From contig DBFWDM010000063.1 of the NCBI GenBank assembly GCA_048484635.1, positions 1 to 60,187 of the forward strand: a stretch of DNA of 60,187 bases, written 5' to 3'. Each line of letters starts with the position of its first letter. The stretch's first letter is position 1. The position numbers and the translations under genes were made by a program. This document shows positions 18,796-28,945 of this stretch, in pieces. Source of the DNA: Collinsella sp. Its GTDB lineage: Bacteria; Actinomycetota; Coriobacteriia; Coriobacteriales; Coriobacteriaceae. The notes below the pieces were generated by a model. That model was not told the origin of the DNA. It made no database searches and saw only the letters and a list, made by a program, of their open reading frames with translations.

Positions 18796-20946
18796 ATGGC
18801 ATCCAAATACTCCATGAACGACCGTCCCAGCTGGCCTCGCCGCGCCATCGTTACCGCCGGCGAGCCCTACGGCAACAAGGGCCTTCACTTTGGCCACGTC
18901 GGTGGCGTCTTTGTCCCGGCCGACTTCTTCGCCCGCTTCCTGCGCGACCGTCTGGGCCGCGAGAACGTCATCTTCACCTCGGGCACCGACTGCTATGGCT
19001 CGCCCATCATGGAGAGCTACCGCAAGCTCAAGGAGAACGAGGGCTACGACAAGTCCATCGCCGAGTATGTCGAGTCCAATCACTCCCGCCAGGCCGCGAC
19101 CCTCAACAACTACAACATCAGCTGCGATATCTACGGCGGCTCGGGCCTTGAGCCGGCCGCGCAGATTCACAACGAGGTTACCGCCGAGATTATCGAGCGC
19201 CTGCACGAGCAGGGCACCATCTCCAAGCGCTCCACGCTGCAGTTCTACGACGCCAAGGCCGGCACGTTCCTCAATGGCCGCCAGGTGATCGGCCGCTGCC
19301 CCATCCAGGGCTGCAAGTCCGAGAAGGCTTATGCCGACGAGTGCGACCTGGGTCACCAGTTTGAGCCCGAGGAGCTCATCGCGCCCAAAAGCCAGCTCAC
19401 CGGCGAGGTGCCCGAGCTGCGCCCGGTCGACAACCTCTACTTCGACCTGCCGGCCTACCTCGACTTTATGAAAACCTATACCGCCAAGCTCGCCCAGAAC
19501 CCGCAGGTTCGCTCCGTGGTCTCCAAGACCATGGAAGAGTGGCTGCTGCCGGCCCAGCTCTACATCCAGAACAAGTTCCGCGAGGCCTTCGATGCCGTCG
19601 AGGATCAGCTTCCCGAGCACACCGTGCTGGAGCCCGAGGGCAACAAGAGCAGCTTTACCGTCACCTTCCCCAGCTGGAAGGAGCGCGACGATGCCCACGC
19701 GGTGCTCGCCAACGGCGGCGTGCGCTTCCGCAGCGGCAAGGCGCTCGTACCCTTCCGCATCACCGGCAACATCGACTGGGGCGTTCCGGTGCCCGAGGTC
19801 GATGGCGTCTCCGACGTCACCTGCTGGTGCTGGCCCGAGAGCCTGTGGGCTCCCATCAGCTATACGCGCACCGTGCTCGCACGCGATGCCAAGGCCGCCG
19901 GCGTGACCGAGGGCGTCGCCGCCCAGGATGCCGCCCTCATGGGCGAGCCCGCCGCCGATTCCACGCAGGTCCCCGCGCCCACCTACCAGCACAGCTCGCT
20001 CGACTGGCGCGACTGGTGGTGCTCGGATGACGCACAGATCTACCAGTTCATTGGCCAGGACAACATCTACTTCTATTGCATCGCGCAGACCGCCATGTGG
20101 GAGGCCCTGGGTTGGAACCTCACGCAGAGCACCGTCAGCGCCTGCTACCACCTGCTCTACATGGGCAAAAAGGCAAGCTCGTCCTCGCAGACTCCTCCCC
20201 CGCCGGCAGACGACCTGCTCAACCACTACACCTGCGAGCAGATGCGCGCGCATTGGCTGTCGCTCGGCCTGTCCGAGAAGCCGGTGAGCTTTAGCCCCAA
20301 GGCATACGACACGCGCGTGACCGGCAAGGACAAGGACGGCAACGAGGTGCGCGCCTGCGACGACAAGCGCGTTATCGACCCCGCCCTTAAGGAGAGCGCG
20401 CTGCTGACCGGCGTGTTCAACCGCCTGGCCCGCAGCTGCTTCTACGGCGTCGCCGTCAAGGAGGGCGACGAGAGTCCCTATCGCAACGGTTGCATCCCCG
20501 CCGGTGCCGCTTCTGACACCGTGGTCGAAGCCGCCCAGCAGGCAGCCCTCGCCTTTGAGCAGGCCATGTACAAGTTCGAGACGCACCGAGCGCTCGCTGT
20601 GTGCGACGACTACCTGCGCGCCGCCAACAAGCGCTGGAGCGATGCCTCCAAGGCCGCCAACAAGCTCGAGGGCGAGCCGGCCAACGCCGCCATGACGCAG
20701 GCCCTCGTCGACGCCTTTACCGAGCTGCGCGTAGCGACCGTGCTCATGCACGGCATCGTGCCGGCCGGCTGCGAGCTCATCTGCGAGTACTTCGACGTTG
20801 ACCCGGTCGCCTTCTTTAGCTGGGATAACATCTTTGCCTCCACGGATGAGTTTGTGGAGAGCCTGGGCGAGAAGCCCGGCGAGCACCGCGTGAAGCCGCT
20901 GCCCCCGCGCTTCGACTTCTTTAGCAAGCACGAGAGCCAGTACTAA
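18796..20946 (+). CDS. metG: Methionyl-tRNA synthetase (atypical signature motifs)
   Basis: LHFGH (HIGH-like), SGTDCYG, zinc knuckle GRCP..C...DECD, WGVPVP, FIGQDN, KASSS (KMSKS-like). Confidence 0.88.
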   Translation: MASKYSMNDRPSWPRRAIVTAGEPYGNKGLHFGHVGGVFVPADFFARFLRDRLGRENVIFTSGTDCYGSPIMESYRKLKENEGYDKSIAEYVESNHSRQAATLNNYNISCDIYGGSGLEPAAQIHNEVTAEIIERLHEQGTISKRSTLQFYDAKAGTFLNGRQVIGRCPIQGCKSEKAYADECDLGHQFEPEELIAPKSQLTGEVPELRPVDNLYFDLPAYLDFMKTYTAKLAQNPQVRSVVSKTMEEWLLPAQLYIQNKFREAFDAVEDQLPEHTVLEPEGNKSSFTVTFPSWKERDDAHAVLANGGVRFRSGKALVPFRITGNIDWGVPVPEVDGVSDVTCWCWPESLWAPISYTRTVLARDAKAAGVTEGVAAQDAALMGEPAADSTQVPAPTYQHSSLDWRDWWCSDDAQIYQFIGQDNIYFYCIAQTAMWEALGWNLTQSTVSACYHLLYMGKKASSSSQTPPPPADDLLNHYTCEQMRAHWLSLGLSEKPVSFSPKAYDTRVTGKDKDGNEVRACDDKRVIDPALKESALLTGVFNRLARSCFYGVAVKEGDESPYRNGCIPAGAASDTVVEAAQQAALAFEQAMYKFETHRALAVCDDYLRAANKRWSDASKAANKLEGEPANAAMTQALVDAFTELRVATVLMHGIVPAGCELICEYFDVDPVAFFSWDNIFASTDEFVESLGEKPGEHRVKPLPPRFDFFSKHESQY

Positions 20947-21005
20947 AGCACGCCAGCAGCGGCGTGCCCGGAAAGTAGTCAATTTGGGACGGGAAGGAAA
21001 GACGG

Positions 21006-22109
21006 ATGTCCAAGCCGCGTCGTCGTAAGCAGAAAAAGCAGGTCAAGGCCGAGCTCAAGCTCAGGCAGTTTGCTGCTACCGAGCTTTCCGACCAGCTTGC
21101 CGCCCTTCCCTGCGCCGCCGACCTGCCGCGCTTTATGGTCGACACGGTCGCCGGCGCCTATGCGCCCGCCGATGCCAAGCTCATGATCGAGGGCTTCGGC
21201 GCCGCGGCCACACGCCCGGTCACGCTGCGCGCCAACACGCTCAAGGCGACCGCCGAGGACATCGCTGCGGCGCTCGATGCCGCCTGCATCGCCCACCAAA
21301 CCGTTACCTGGTATCCGGACGCCTTTATCCTGCCCGAGGCCCAGGTTTCAGATCTGTGGGATCTCGACATCTACCGCGACGGCAAAATCTACCTGCAGAG
21401 CCTGTCATCCATGATGCCGCCGTTGGTCCTGGGCGCCCAGGCAGGCGAGGACATCCTGGACATGTGCGCAGCCCCCGGCGGCAAGACGACGCAGATCGCC
21501 GCCCTCACCCAGGGACAGGCGCACCTCACCGCCTGTGAGATGAGCATTCCCCGCGCCGAAAAGCTCGAGTCGAACCTCCATCGCCAGGGTGCCAAAAACG
21601 TGCCCGTCATGCGCATCGACGCACGCGAGCTCGACGAGTTCTTCCGCTTTGACCGCATCCTGCTCGACGCTCCCTGCACCGGCACGGGCACCGTCATCAG
21701 TGGCAACGAGAAAAGCCTGCGCGGCCTCACCGAGCAGTTGCTGAGCAAGTGCGCCCGCTCGCAGCGAGCACTTCTGGACCGCGCCATGGGGGCCCTCAAA
21801 CCGGGCGGCACGCTCGTCTATTCGACTTGTTCGATCTTGCCGCAGGAAAACGAGGACGCCCTGCAAGAGGCCCTCGACAAGCATATGGACTGCGAGCTTA
21901 TCCCCCTCGACGGCACGCCAAGCGAAAGTGAAGCACGACGCACCCAGGACGCCGGCGAGGAGCCGCATATCGAGAGCAACGCTCTCACCGAGGCCATTGC
22001 CGCGGGTCAGGTATCGGCCATCGTCAACGGCCTGCCCGGCACGCTCACCATTCCGCCTAGCCGCGACTTTGAGGGCTTCTACATTGCCCTGATCCGAAAA
22101 CGCAGCTAG
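21006..22109 (+). CDS. RsmB/NOP family RNA m5C methyltransferase
   Basis: LRANTLK, YLQS.SS, DMCAAPGGKT, LDAPCTG, YSTCS..ENE motifs. Confidence 0.92.
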   Translation: MSKPRRRKQKKQVKAELKLRQFAATELSDQLAALPCAADLPRFMVDTVAGAYAPADAKLMIEGFGAAATRPVTLRANTLKATAEDIAAALDAACIAHQTVTWYPDAFILPEAQVSDLWDLDIYRDGKIYLQSLSSMMPPLVLGAQAGEDILDMCAAPGGKTTQIAALTQGQAHLTACEMSIPRAEKLESNLHRQGAKNVPVMRIDARELDEFFRFDRILLDAPCTGTGTVISGNEKSLRGLTEQLLSKCARSQRALLDRAMGALKPGGTLVYSTCSILPQENEDALQEALDKHMDCELIPLDGTPSESEARRTQDAGEEPHIESNALTEAIAAGQVSAIVNGLPGTLTIPPSRDFEGFYIALIRKRS

Positions 22110-22133
22110 CGCACGGATCCAAAACTCAACAAG

Positions 22134-22304
22134 CTATCTCTGTGCGCGTTTGCCCTGCTGGTCACGATGTTGTTTAAGCGTCGCGCGCTCTTTGCGTTCG
22201 GCCCTTTTGCCCTTAATGGCCGTGACCACAAAGTAGATGACCGCGGCGGCTACGATTGCGCCCACGCATAGGCCAATCGAGCCCAACATTGCCGAAAATT
22301 CCAT
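22134..22304 (-). CDS. 56-aa small membrane protein (absent from the ORF track)
   Basis: MEFSAMLGSIGLCVGAIVAAAVIYFVVTAIKGKRAERKERATLKQHRDQQGKRAQR; GAGGTG RBS; one TM helix and a basic tail. Confidence 0.65.
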   Translation of the reverse strand: MEFSAMLGSIGLCVGAIVAAAVIYFVVTAIKGKRAERKERATLKQHRDQQGKRAQR

Positions 22305-22495
22305 ACCGCGTCACCTCTCTTTTAAACGGGACTTTCAAGATAGCACCTCGATACCCGCCACCACAGCTCCTTCACGTTCGCCGGCCCTTCGGTCTAACGG
22401 ATGGCGCGGCGGGGAAAAATCAACTCGTCAAACGATTTAGCATTCGCAATTCCGGCTGCATAGCGCCGGCCGTTATCACATAGAATCGAGCCTCC

Positions 22496-23587
22496 ATGGA
22501 TACCCTCAACGATCTAAATGAGCGCGTCGACGCCTTCGTCGGCACCAGCTCCTTCGACACGCCTGCCGCGGCAAACGACCAAGCTCCCATCGATGTGCCC
22601 GCCGAGGTTCACGAGGACATCGTCGCCTCGGTCGATTTCTCCGAGGTCGAGCTCGCAGACGAGTTCACCGAGCCCCAGGTAGCCGTGACCCCCAACGGAC
22701 TGCTCCCCATGGAGCCCCTGCCCATCGACGGACGTCTGCGCAAGGCTGCCCTTCGCATGCCCGACGAGATCGAGGAGGCCAGCGGCTTCACGCTCTTCGG
22801 CCGCCGCATCAAGTCGCTCATTTACACCACCGATGTCGCGGTTATCCGCAACTCCAACGCCGATGCCGTTTTTGCGGTCTACCCTTTCACGCCGCAGCCC
22901 GCCATTACGCAAGCGCTGCTGACCGTCGCCGAGTGCCCGGTCTTTGTAGGCGTGGGCGGCGGAACTACGACCGGTAAGCGCTCCGTGCAGATGGCAGCCG
23001 TCTCCGAGATGCAGGGCGCGGCGGGCTGCGTGGTCAACTCCCCCGCCACTGCCGAGATGGTCGAGCACATCACCAACATCGCCGACATCCCCGTCATCGC
23101 CACGGTCGTTCGCTGCGACGACGATGCTCACGCCAAGGTGCGCGCCGGAGCCAAGATTCTCAACATCGCCGCCGGCAAGAACACGCCCCAGGTCCTACGC
23201 GAGCTGCGCGAGCACTATCCCAACCTGCCGCTCATCGCGCCGGGCGGCAAGACGCCCGAGAGCATCCGTGAGACCATCGCCGCCGGCGCCAACGCCATCA
23301 TCTGGACGCCGCCTTCGGCCCAGCAGTTACAGACCGACATGATGCAGCGTTATCGCAAGATGAAGGAAGACGCCACACCTGTCATCTCGCGCGACGATGT
23401 GCCCATTATCGACCAGGTCGCCGCCGCCGAGGTCAGCCAGGTCGAGAACATGAATCCCGATGTGCCGATTCCCGACGAAGTCATCGAGCGCGTCGCTTCG
23501 ATCCACGAGCGCGTCGAGGAGCATCGCGCCAACCGCGGCCTCAAGCCGTCACTGCACGGCTTCTTCTTCCGCGGAAAGAAACGCTAG
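22496..23587 (+). CDS. Conserved TIM-barrel protein (often annotated as hydrolase), function unknown
   Basis: IKSLIYTTDVA, VYPFTPQ, GVGGGTT, GGKT..AGANA; codon usage typical of the host. Confidence 0.7.
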   Translation: MDTLNDLNERVDAFVGTSSFDTPAAANDQAPIDVPAEVHEDIVASVDFSEVELADEFTEPQVAVTPNGLLPMEPLPIDGRLRKAALRMPDEIEEASGFTLFGRRIKSLIYTTDVAVIRNSNADAVFAVYPFTPQPAITQALLTVAECPVFVGVGGGTTTGKRSVQMAAVSEMQGAAGCVVNSPATAEMVEHITNIADIPVIATVVRCDDDAHAKVRAGAKILNIAAGKNTPQVLRELREHYPNLPLIAPGGKTPESIRETIAAGANAIIWTPPSAQQLQTDMMQRYRKMKEDATPVISRDDVPIIDQVAAAEVSQVENMNPDVPIPDEVIERVASIHERVEEHRANRGLKPSLHGFFFRGKKR

Positions 23588-23599
23588 CCGCAACAGCAA

Positions 23600-23632
23600 G
23601 GCCCGCCCCACAAACGTGAGGCGGGCCGTTTT
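23600..23632 (+). terminator. Intrinsic terminator
   Basis: GGCCCGCC/GGCGGGCC stem followed by GTTTT, between convergent genes. Confidence 0.6.
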
Positions 23633-23668
23633 CGTTTGAGCAATCACGCAGCGACGTGATGAGCCAAG

Positions 23669-24559
23669 TTAATCCACGCGCTTGTCGCCCATAAAGAAGA
23701 GCGCCACCGTACCAGGTCCGGTATGCGAGCCAATCAGAGTACCGATGTCATTGATCTCAATCTTGCCTTTAAGCTGCGGAACCTGTTCCTCAATCAGCGC
23801 CGCAACTGCCTCGGCATCCTCACGGCACGCCGAGTGCGACATGATGCACTTACCCGAATAATCCACACCGTCCTGCACGTGTGCCATCATGGTCTTGGCC
23901 ATCTCGGAAATCGCGCGCTTCTTAGTACGAATCTTCTCACGTGGCGACAGCTTACCTTCGCAATCGACCGTCATAAGCGGGCAAATCTTAAGCGCCGTGC
24001 CGATGATCGCGCTCGCAGCCGAAATGCGACCGCCTCGTAGGTAGCTCGACAGATCGGTCGAGAAGAACCAGTGGTGCAGGTTGAGTTTGTGCTCCTCGAT
24101 CCAGGCAGCCGTCTCGTCGAGTGAAGCCCCGCTATCGCGCACGTCGGCGGCATATTCCAGCAACAGGCCAAAGCCCGAAGACGCCCCCAGCGAATCGATG
24201 ACGCGCACCTTGCCGCCCTCGGGATAGCGATCCGCAAGCATCTGCGCCGCGACGCAGGCCGATCCATACGTGCCCGAAATACCCGACGACAACGTCAGGT
24301 GCAGCACGTCTTTACCCTCGGCAACAAACGGCTCCCAAAACTCCTCGTACTCACCCACGCTCACCTGAGACGTCTTGGGCATGGCGCCCGCGGCAATCTG
24401 GGCAAAAAACTTGTCCGGCGTAATCGACTGATACAGATCGTCCGTATGGACAACATCGTCGATCTCGTAATGAAAATACGCGACAGGAATATTGCGCGAG
24501 TCAAAGAACTCCCGAGTTCGGTCGGCGGCAGATTCACAGGTCAGGACAAAAACACTCAT
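23669..24559 (-). CDS. DegV family protein
   Basis: TSQVS, LSSGISG, IDSLGASSG, GGRIS and SHTGPG motifs. Confidence 0.92.
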   Translation of the reverse strand: MSVFVLTCESAADRTREFFDSRNIPVAYFHYEIDDVVHTDDLYQSITPDKFFAQIAAGAMPKTSQVSVGEYEEFWEPFVAEGKDVLHLTLSSGISGTYGSACVAAQMLADRYPEGGKVRVIDSLGASSGFGLLLEYAADVRDSGASLDETAAWIEEHKLNLHHWFFSTDLSSYLRGGRISAASAIIGTALKICPLMTVDCEGKLSPREKIRTKKRAISEMAKTMMAHVQDGVDYSGKCIMSHSACREDAEAVAALIEEQVPQLKGKIEINDIGTLIGSHTGPGTVALFFMGDKRVD

Positions 24560-24879
24560 ATGAGGCTCCTTACGTATTGCTGCGCAAATTATCGCACAGT
24601 GAGCCTACATACGGTACATATGTCCACTATTTACCAAATCGAACCAAAAATAGCGAACATCTTTACCACCATCGTCTCCACCGACCCCACGCATAAATAT
24701 CTGAGAAAACACCCTCTGTCGTCTCCACTCAACCGCCATATCTACCTCAACTAAATCGATTTACCAAACCGTTCAGCCGACAATTCAGCCGCTGGCGCAA
24801 AATCGAAACAAAAGCGGCGCATACTGATAAACGTTTGACGCCGTTTATCAGTTTTACCAGCCCCATCGGAAGGTGTTTC

Positions 24880-26796
24880 ATGGTCGCATTCGATCGCAAC
24901 CCGCAAGACTTTAAGTATCTGCGCCTGCTGTCGAGACAGTTCCCCACCGAACAATCCGCATTTACCGAAATTATCAACCTCTCGGCCATCCTCAACCTAC
25001 CCAAGGGCACCGAGCATTTTATGAGCGACGTGCATGGCGAGTACGAAGCCTTTATGCACATCCTCAACAACTGCTCGGGCGTCGTGCGCGAGCATGTCGA
25101 CGAAATTTTTGGCGACACGCTCTCCTTTGACGAAAAGGGCGAGCTGTGCACGCTCATCTACTACCCGCGCGAGAAGATCGACCTGGTCCGCAGCCAGCGC
25201 GAGGACTCGCCAACTTGGTACAAGACGATGCTTGACCAGCTCATCATGGTCGCTCGCTCGCTTTCAAGCCGCTACACGCGCTCCAAGGTGCGTAAGGCCA
25301 TCCCGCGCGACTACGCCTATATCATCGACGAGTTGTTGCACACGCACCCGGACGAGAACAACTATCGCGTGCGCTATCACGAGCGCATCGTGGAGTCCAT
25401 CCTGGAGACCGCCAGCGCCGACGACTTTATCGAGTCGCTCGCCTCGCTCATCAAGCGCCTGGCCGTCGACCACCTGCACCTGGTGGGCGACATCTTCGAC
25501 CGCGGCGGCGGCGCGGCCAAGATTATGGACCGTCTGCTCACCTACCATTCACTCGACATCCAGTGGGGCAACCACGACCTACTGTGGATGGGCGCTGCGG
25601 CCGGTGAGCCCGCCTGCATCGCCACGGTGTTGCGCAACAACCTACGCTACGACAACTACGAGATCCTGGAGAACGACTACGGCATCTCGCTGCGTGAGCT
25701 TGTCGCCTTTGCCGATGCCACCTACACCGCCGGTGAGTCCATCACCCCGCTGATCAAGGCCATCAACGTGCTGCTCTTTAAGCTCGAGGGCCAGATTATC
25801 CAGCGCCACCCCGAGTTCGATATGACCGACCGCCTGTTACTCGACAAGATCGACCACGACACCGGCACGGTCACGCTCGCCGACGGCAGCGTGTGGCCGC
25901 TCACGACCAACGACTTCCCCACCGTCGACCCGGCGGACCCCTACACGCTCACGTCTCAGGAGCAGCACATCATCGACAAGCTCGTGTCCGAGTTTGTCAC
26001 CGCCGATCACCTGCATCGCCATATCGATTTCCTCTACACCCACGGCTCGATGTACAAGGTCGCCAACGGCAACCTGCTCTTCCACGGCTGCGTTCCACTC
26101 AACGAAGACGGCACCTTCAGCAGCATGAACTGCCTGGGCACCTGGCACGCTGGCCGCGATTATCTCGATTTTTGCGACCACATCGCCCGCCGCGCGTGGC
26201 GCGTGGGCGACCGCGATGCCCTCGACTGGATGTGGTACCTGTGGATTGGCTTCAATTCACCCGCCAGCGGACGCCTGGTGCGTACCTTTGAGCGCGCCTA
26301 TATCGCCGATAAGAGCACCTGGGTCGAGCCGATGGACCCGTACTTTACGCTTACCAAGTCGCCCTCGGTCTGCGATGATATCATGCGCGAGTTTGGCGTC
26401 GCGCCCATGGCATGCTCGCCGACCGGCCACATCATCAACGGCCACACGCCCGTTAAAACCACCAAGGGCGAGCAGCCCATCCGCGCCGAGGGCAAGCTGC
26501 TGGTCATCGATGGCGGCTTCTGCCGCGCTTACCATCCCAAGACGGGCATCGCCGGCTATACGCTCATCTCGAGCTCGCGCGGCTGCCGCCTCAAGTCGCA
26601 CCGGGCCTTTACGACGGTTGCCGAGGCACTCACGCGCAACGTGGACATCGAAAGCGAGACCAACCGTTTTGACCAAGCGGATCATCGCCGCATGGTGAGC
26701 GACACCGATACTGGCGCCAAGATTCGCAGCCAGATCCAGGATCTGCGCCAGCTGCTCGATGCATATAGAAACGGTGCTATCGAAGAGCGCGTCTAG
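24880..26796 (+). CDS. fbp: Fructose-1,6-bisphosphatase class 3
   Basis: EIINL.AILNLPKGTEHFMSDVHGE, GDIFDRG, WGNHD, NGHTP and IDGGF motifs. Confidence 0.95.
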   Translation: MVAFDRNPQDFKYLRLLSRQFPTEQSAFTEIINLSAILNLPKGTEHFMSDVHGEYEAFMHILNNCSGVVREHVDEIFGDTLSFDEKGELCTLIYYPREKIDLVRSQREDSPTWYKTMLDQLIMVARSLSSRYTRSKVRKAIPRDYAYIIDELLHTHPDENNYRVRYHERIVESILETASADDFIESLASLIKRLAVDHLHLVGDIFDRGGGAAKIMDRLLTYHSLDIQWGNHDLLWMGAAAGEPACIATVLRNNLRYDNYEILENDYGISLRELVAFADATYTAGESITPLIKAINVLLFKLEGQIIQRHPEFDMTDRLLLDKIDHDTGTVTLADGSVWPLTTNDFPTVDPADPYTLTSQEQHIIDKLVSEFVTADHLHRHIDFLYTHGSMYKVANGNLLFHGCVPLNEDGTFSSMNCLGTWHAGRDYLDFCDHIARRAWRVGDRDALDWMWYLWIGFNSPASGRLVRTFERAYIADKSTWVEPMDPYFTLTKSPSVCDDIMREFGVAPMACSPTGHIINGHTPVKTTKGEQPIRAEGKLLVIDGGFCRAYHPKTGIAGYTLISSSRGCRLKSHRAFTTVAEALTRNVDIESETNRFDQADHRRMVSDTDTGAKIRSQIQDLRQLLDAYRNGAIEERV

Positions 26797-26874
26797 CCCC
26801 ACCCGCGGGGATTGGCTAAACTTGCTGAGTTTGTCATCCCCACGGCGTCCCCGCGCCACCCTAAGGCAGGTACC

Positions 26875-27270
26875 ATGCAAAAGCTCCTTGCGCAGATCAT
26901 GAAATTTGGCGTCGTCGGTGTCATTGCCACGGTTATCGACTTTGGCATTATGAATCTGCTCCACTACGGTCTGGGCCTCAACATCCTAATCGCCAACACC
27001 AGCGGCTTTATCATCTCACTCATCTTTAACTACCTCGCAAGCATGAAGTACGTGTTTGCGCACAAGGAAGGCATGAGCCGCCGCCGCGAGTTCATCATCT
27101 TTGTCGTGCTGTCCGTGATCGGTTTGGTGCTCAACGACGGCATCGTGCTGGCGCTCAACGCCGGCCTGGGACTCGAGGCCAATATCGCCAAGATCTGCGC
27201 CACCGCGCTTGTCATGGTCTACAACTTTGTGACCCGAAAAATCTTCCTGGAGGGCGACGAGACAAAATAG
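26875..27270 (+). CDS. GtrA family membrane protein
   Basis: KFGVVG, NY..SMKYVF and four TM helices. Confidence 0.85.
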   Translation: MQKLLAQIMKFGVVGVIATVIDFGIMNLLHYGLGLNILIANTSGFIISLIFNYLASMKYVFAHKEGMSRRREFIIFVVLSVIGLVLNDGIVLALNAGLGLEANIAKICATALVMVYNFVTRKIFLEGDETK

Positions 27271-27489
27271 CTCGAAACCCCTGCAGCATTACGGCGCCCA
27301 CGGACGACGCGCACTCAGCGCAGTATCGTCCGTGGGTGTCGCTCGTTTACGGGCAAATTTTCAACGTTTGCGGATTAGCTCTTGAAAATTTGGCGAGTTC
27401 ATATAGTTCTTGGCAAAGACCTTACGTTTCCCTTGTAAAAGCTCTAAAGTATCCTCTGCTCGATTCATCAACGCATTGGATGTGATTAC

Positions 27490-27897
27490 GTGCGCAAGGC
27501 GCTGGCACAACCTCATACCAAGCAGTTCCTCAAGTTTGCCGTCGTGGGTCTTATCTCCTTTGGCATCGACTGGGGCATGCTCATTGCGCTCGTCGAGCTG
27601 TTCCACCTCGACTTTTTGATGAGCACCACGATCTCGTTTATCACGTCCGTCGTGGTCAACTACTGGCTCAGCATGAAGTACGTGTTCGACCACCGCGAAG
27701 GCATGAGCCGCAAGCGCGAGTTCACGATCTTCACCATCCTGTCGGTGATCGGCCTGGGCCTCAACGACCTGTATATGTTTGTGGGCGTCACGTTTTTGAG
27801 CATCGGCTACCAGGCCATGAAGGCCATCGCCACGTTCCTCGTCACCTGGTACAACTACTTCAGCCGCCGCTTCTTCCTCGAGGGCGCACGGTCGTAG
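27490..27897 (+). CDS. GtrA family membrane protein (paralog)
   Basis: KFAVVG, NYWLSMKYVF..EGMSR.REF shared with the upstream paralog; GTG start uncertain. Confidence 0.8.
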   Translation: MRKALAQPHTKQFLKFAVVGLISFGIDWGMLIALVELFHLDFLMSTTISFITSVVVNYWLSMKYVFDHREGMSRKREFTIFTILSVIGLGLNDLYMFVGVTFLSIGYQAMKAIATFLVTWYNYFSRRFFLEGARS

Positions 27898-27923
27898 TCG
27901 ATTCACTATTTGCTTGAATGTAT

Positions 27924-27958
27924 AACCGGTTGGAATTCCCGTTCCAACCGGTTTTTTT
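27924..27958 (+). terminator. Intrinsic terminator
   Basis: AACCGGTTGGAA/TTCCAACCGGTT stem followed by a T-run. Confidence 0.75.
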
Positions 27959-27997
27959 GTTTGCAGAGAGACCCGGCGACCCAGTCCCATTCGCATG

Positions 27998-28035
27998 AAA
28001 AACGGGCGGTCCGGATGTTGGTCCGAACCGCCCGT
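27998..28035 (-). terminator. Intrinsic terminator of the DUF4430 operon
   Basis: ACGGGCGGT/ACCGCCCGT stem; the A-run on + is a U-tract on -. Confidence 0.65.
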
Positions 28036-28057
28036 CTGGCGCGCTATGTCGGGGCCT

Positions 28058-28936
28058 CTAGCCCGTTACGTAATACCAAACAACGTCGTCGCCATTGGAG
28101 AGAACGTAGTTACTGCAGGCCGTCATGGGCGTTGTGCCGTTGACGGAGTACATCCAGCCGCTCGTGCCGCCGTACTGTTTCTCGGCCAAACCACCAATCG
28201 CGGAGACATACGTACCGTACGACGAGCCATGTGCGTTGACAGAAAGGCCCAGCGCGCACAGGGCATCGTAGACGGTAGCGCCTTCGTTAAAGGTAAAGGT
28301 GCCACCAGAGGACACAGGATTGCCCACAGAGCTCGATGTGACCGAAACCGTCACCGTAACGTAGCTAGGCTGCTGCGAGCTGCCCTGGTCGCCAGTAGAG
28401 GCGTTGCCGTTATCGGGGGCAGAAGATGCCCCGCTGGATGAGGAGGAGGCGCCAGGCGTAGAGCCGGCCCCGCCAGAAGAAGTCGAGTTCTGAGAAGTCG
28501 ACTGATTGCCGTCGGTCTTTTTGCTATCCGAGCCCTTGTTTGATTCCTTGTCCGAAGACTCGGACTCCTTCTTAGAGTCAGATTTATCCGAACCCTTAGA
28601 CTCGTCGTTCGCACCATCCGAAGATTTGGAATCCTTGGAGCCAGCTTTACCCGAAGCGACGGTCGAGTCAGACCCCTTGGCGTCCTTCGCGACGACGCTC
28701 TCCCCCGTCACGGTCTGAACGATCCAGTCAATGGACCAGGCGCCGCTCTCGGAAGGATGGACGAAGCCCAGCGATATGACAATTAGCGCAACGCACGCGG
28801 CGGTCAGGACGCCAGTAAGCGCCTTCCGTCGAGGGGCGGACGCCGCCGAAGCGGCGCCCTGTTGCTTTGCATCGTCGAACTGAATGAACGAGGAATTTGG
28901 TTGCTTGGGGTCAGCGTCCTTGGATTTATTGGACAC
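28058..28936 (-). CDS. Membrane-anchored DUF4430 (transcobalamin-C-like) protein
   Basis: N-terminal TM, S/K/D-rich linker, C-terminal GATVYDAL...YVSAIGGL.E...SGWMYSVNG...GDDVVWYY. Confidence 0.82.
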   Translation of the reverse strand: MSNKSKDADPKQPNSSFIQFDDAKQQGAASAASAPRRKALTGVLTAACVALIVISLGFVHPSESGAWSIDWIVQTVTGESVVAKDAKGSDSTVASGKAGSKDSKSSDGANDESKGSDKSDSKKESESSDKESNKGSDSKKTDGNQSTSQNSTSSGGAGSTPGASSSSSGASSAPDNGNASTGDQGSSQQPSYVTVTVSVTSSSVGNPVSSGGTFTFNEGATVYDALCALGLSVNAHGSSYGTYVSAIGGLAEKQYGGTSGWMYSVNGTTPMTACSNYVLSNGDDVVWYYVTG

Positions 28937-28945
28937 AGCCCTCAC

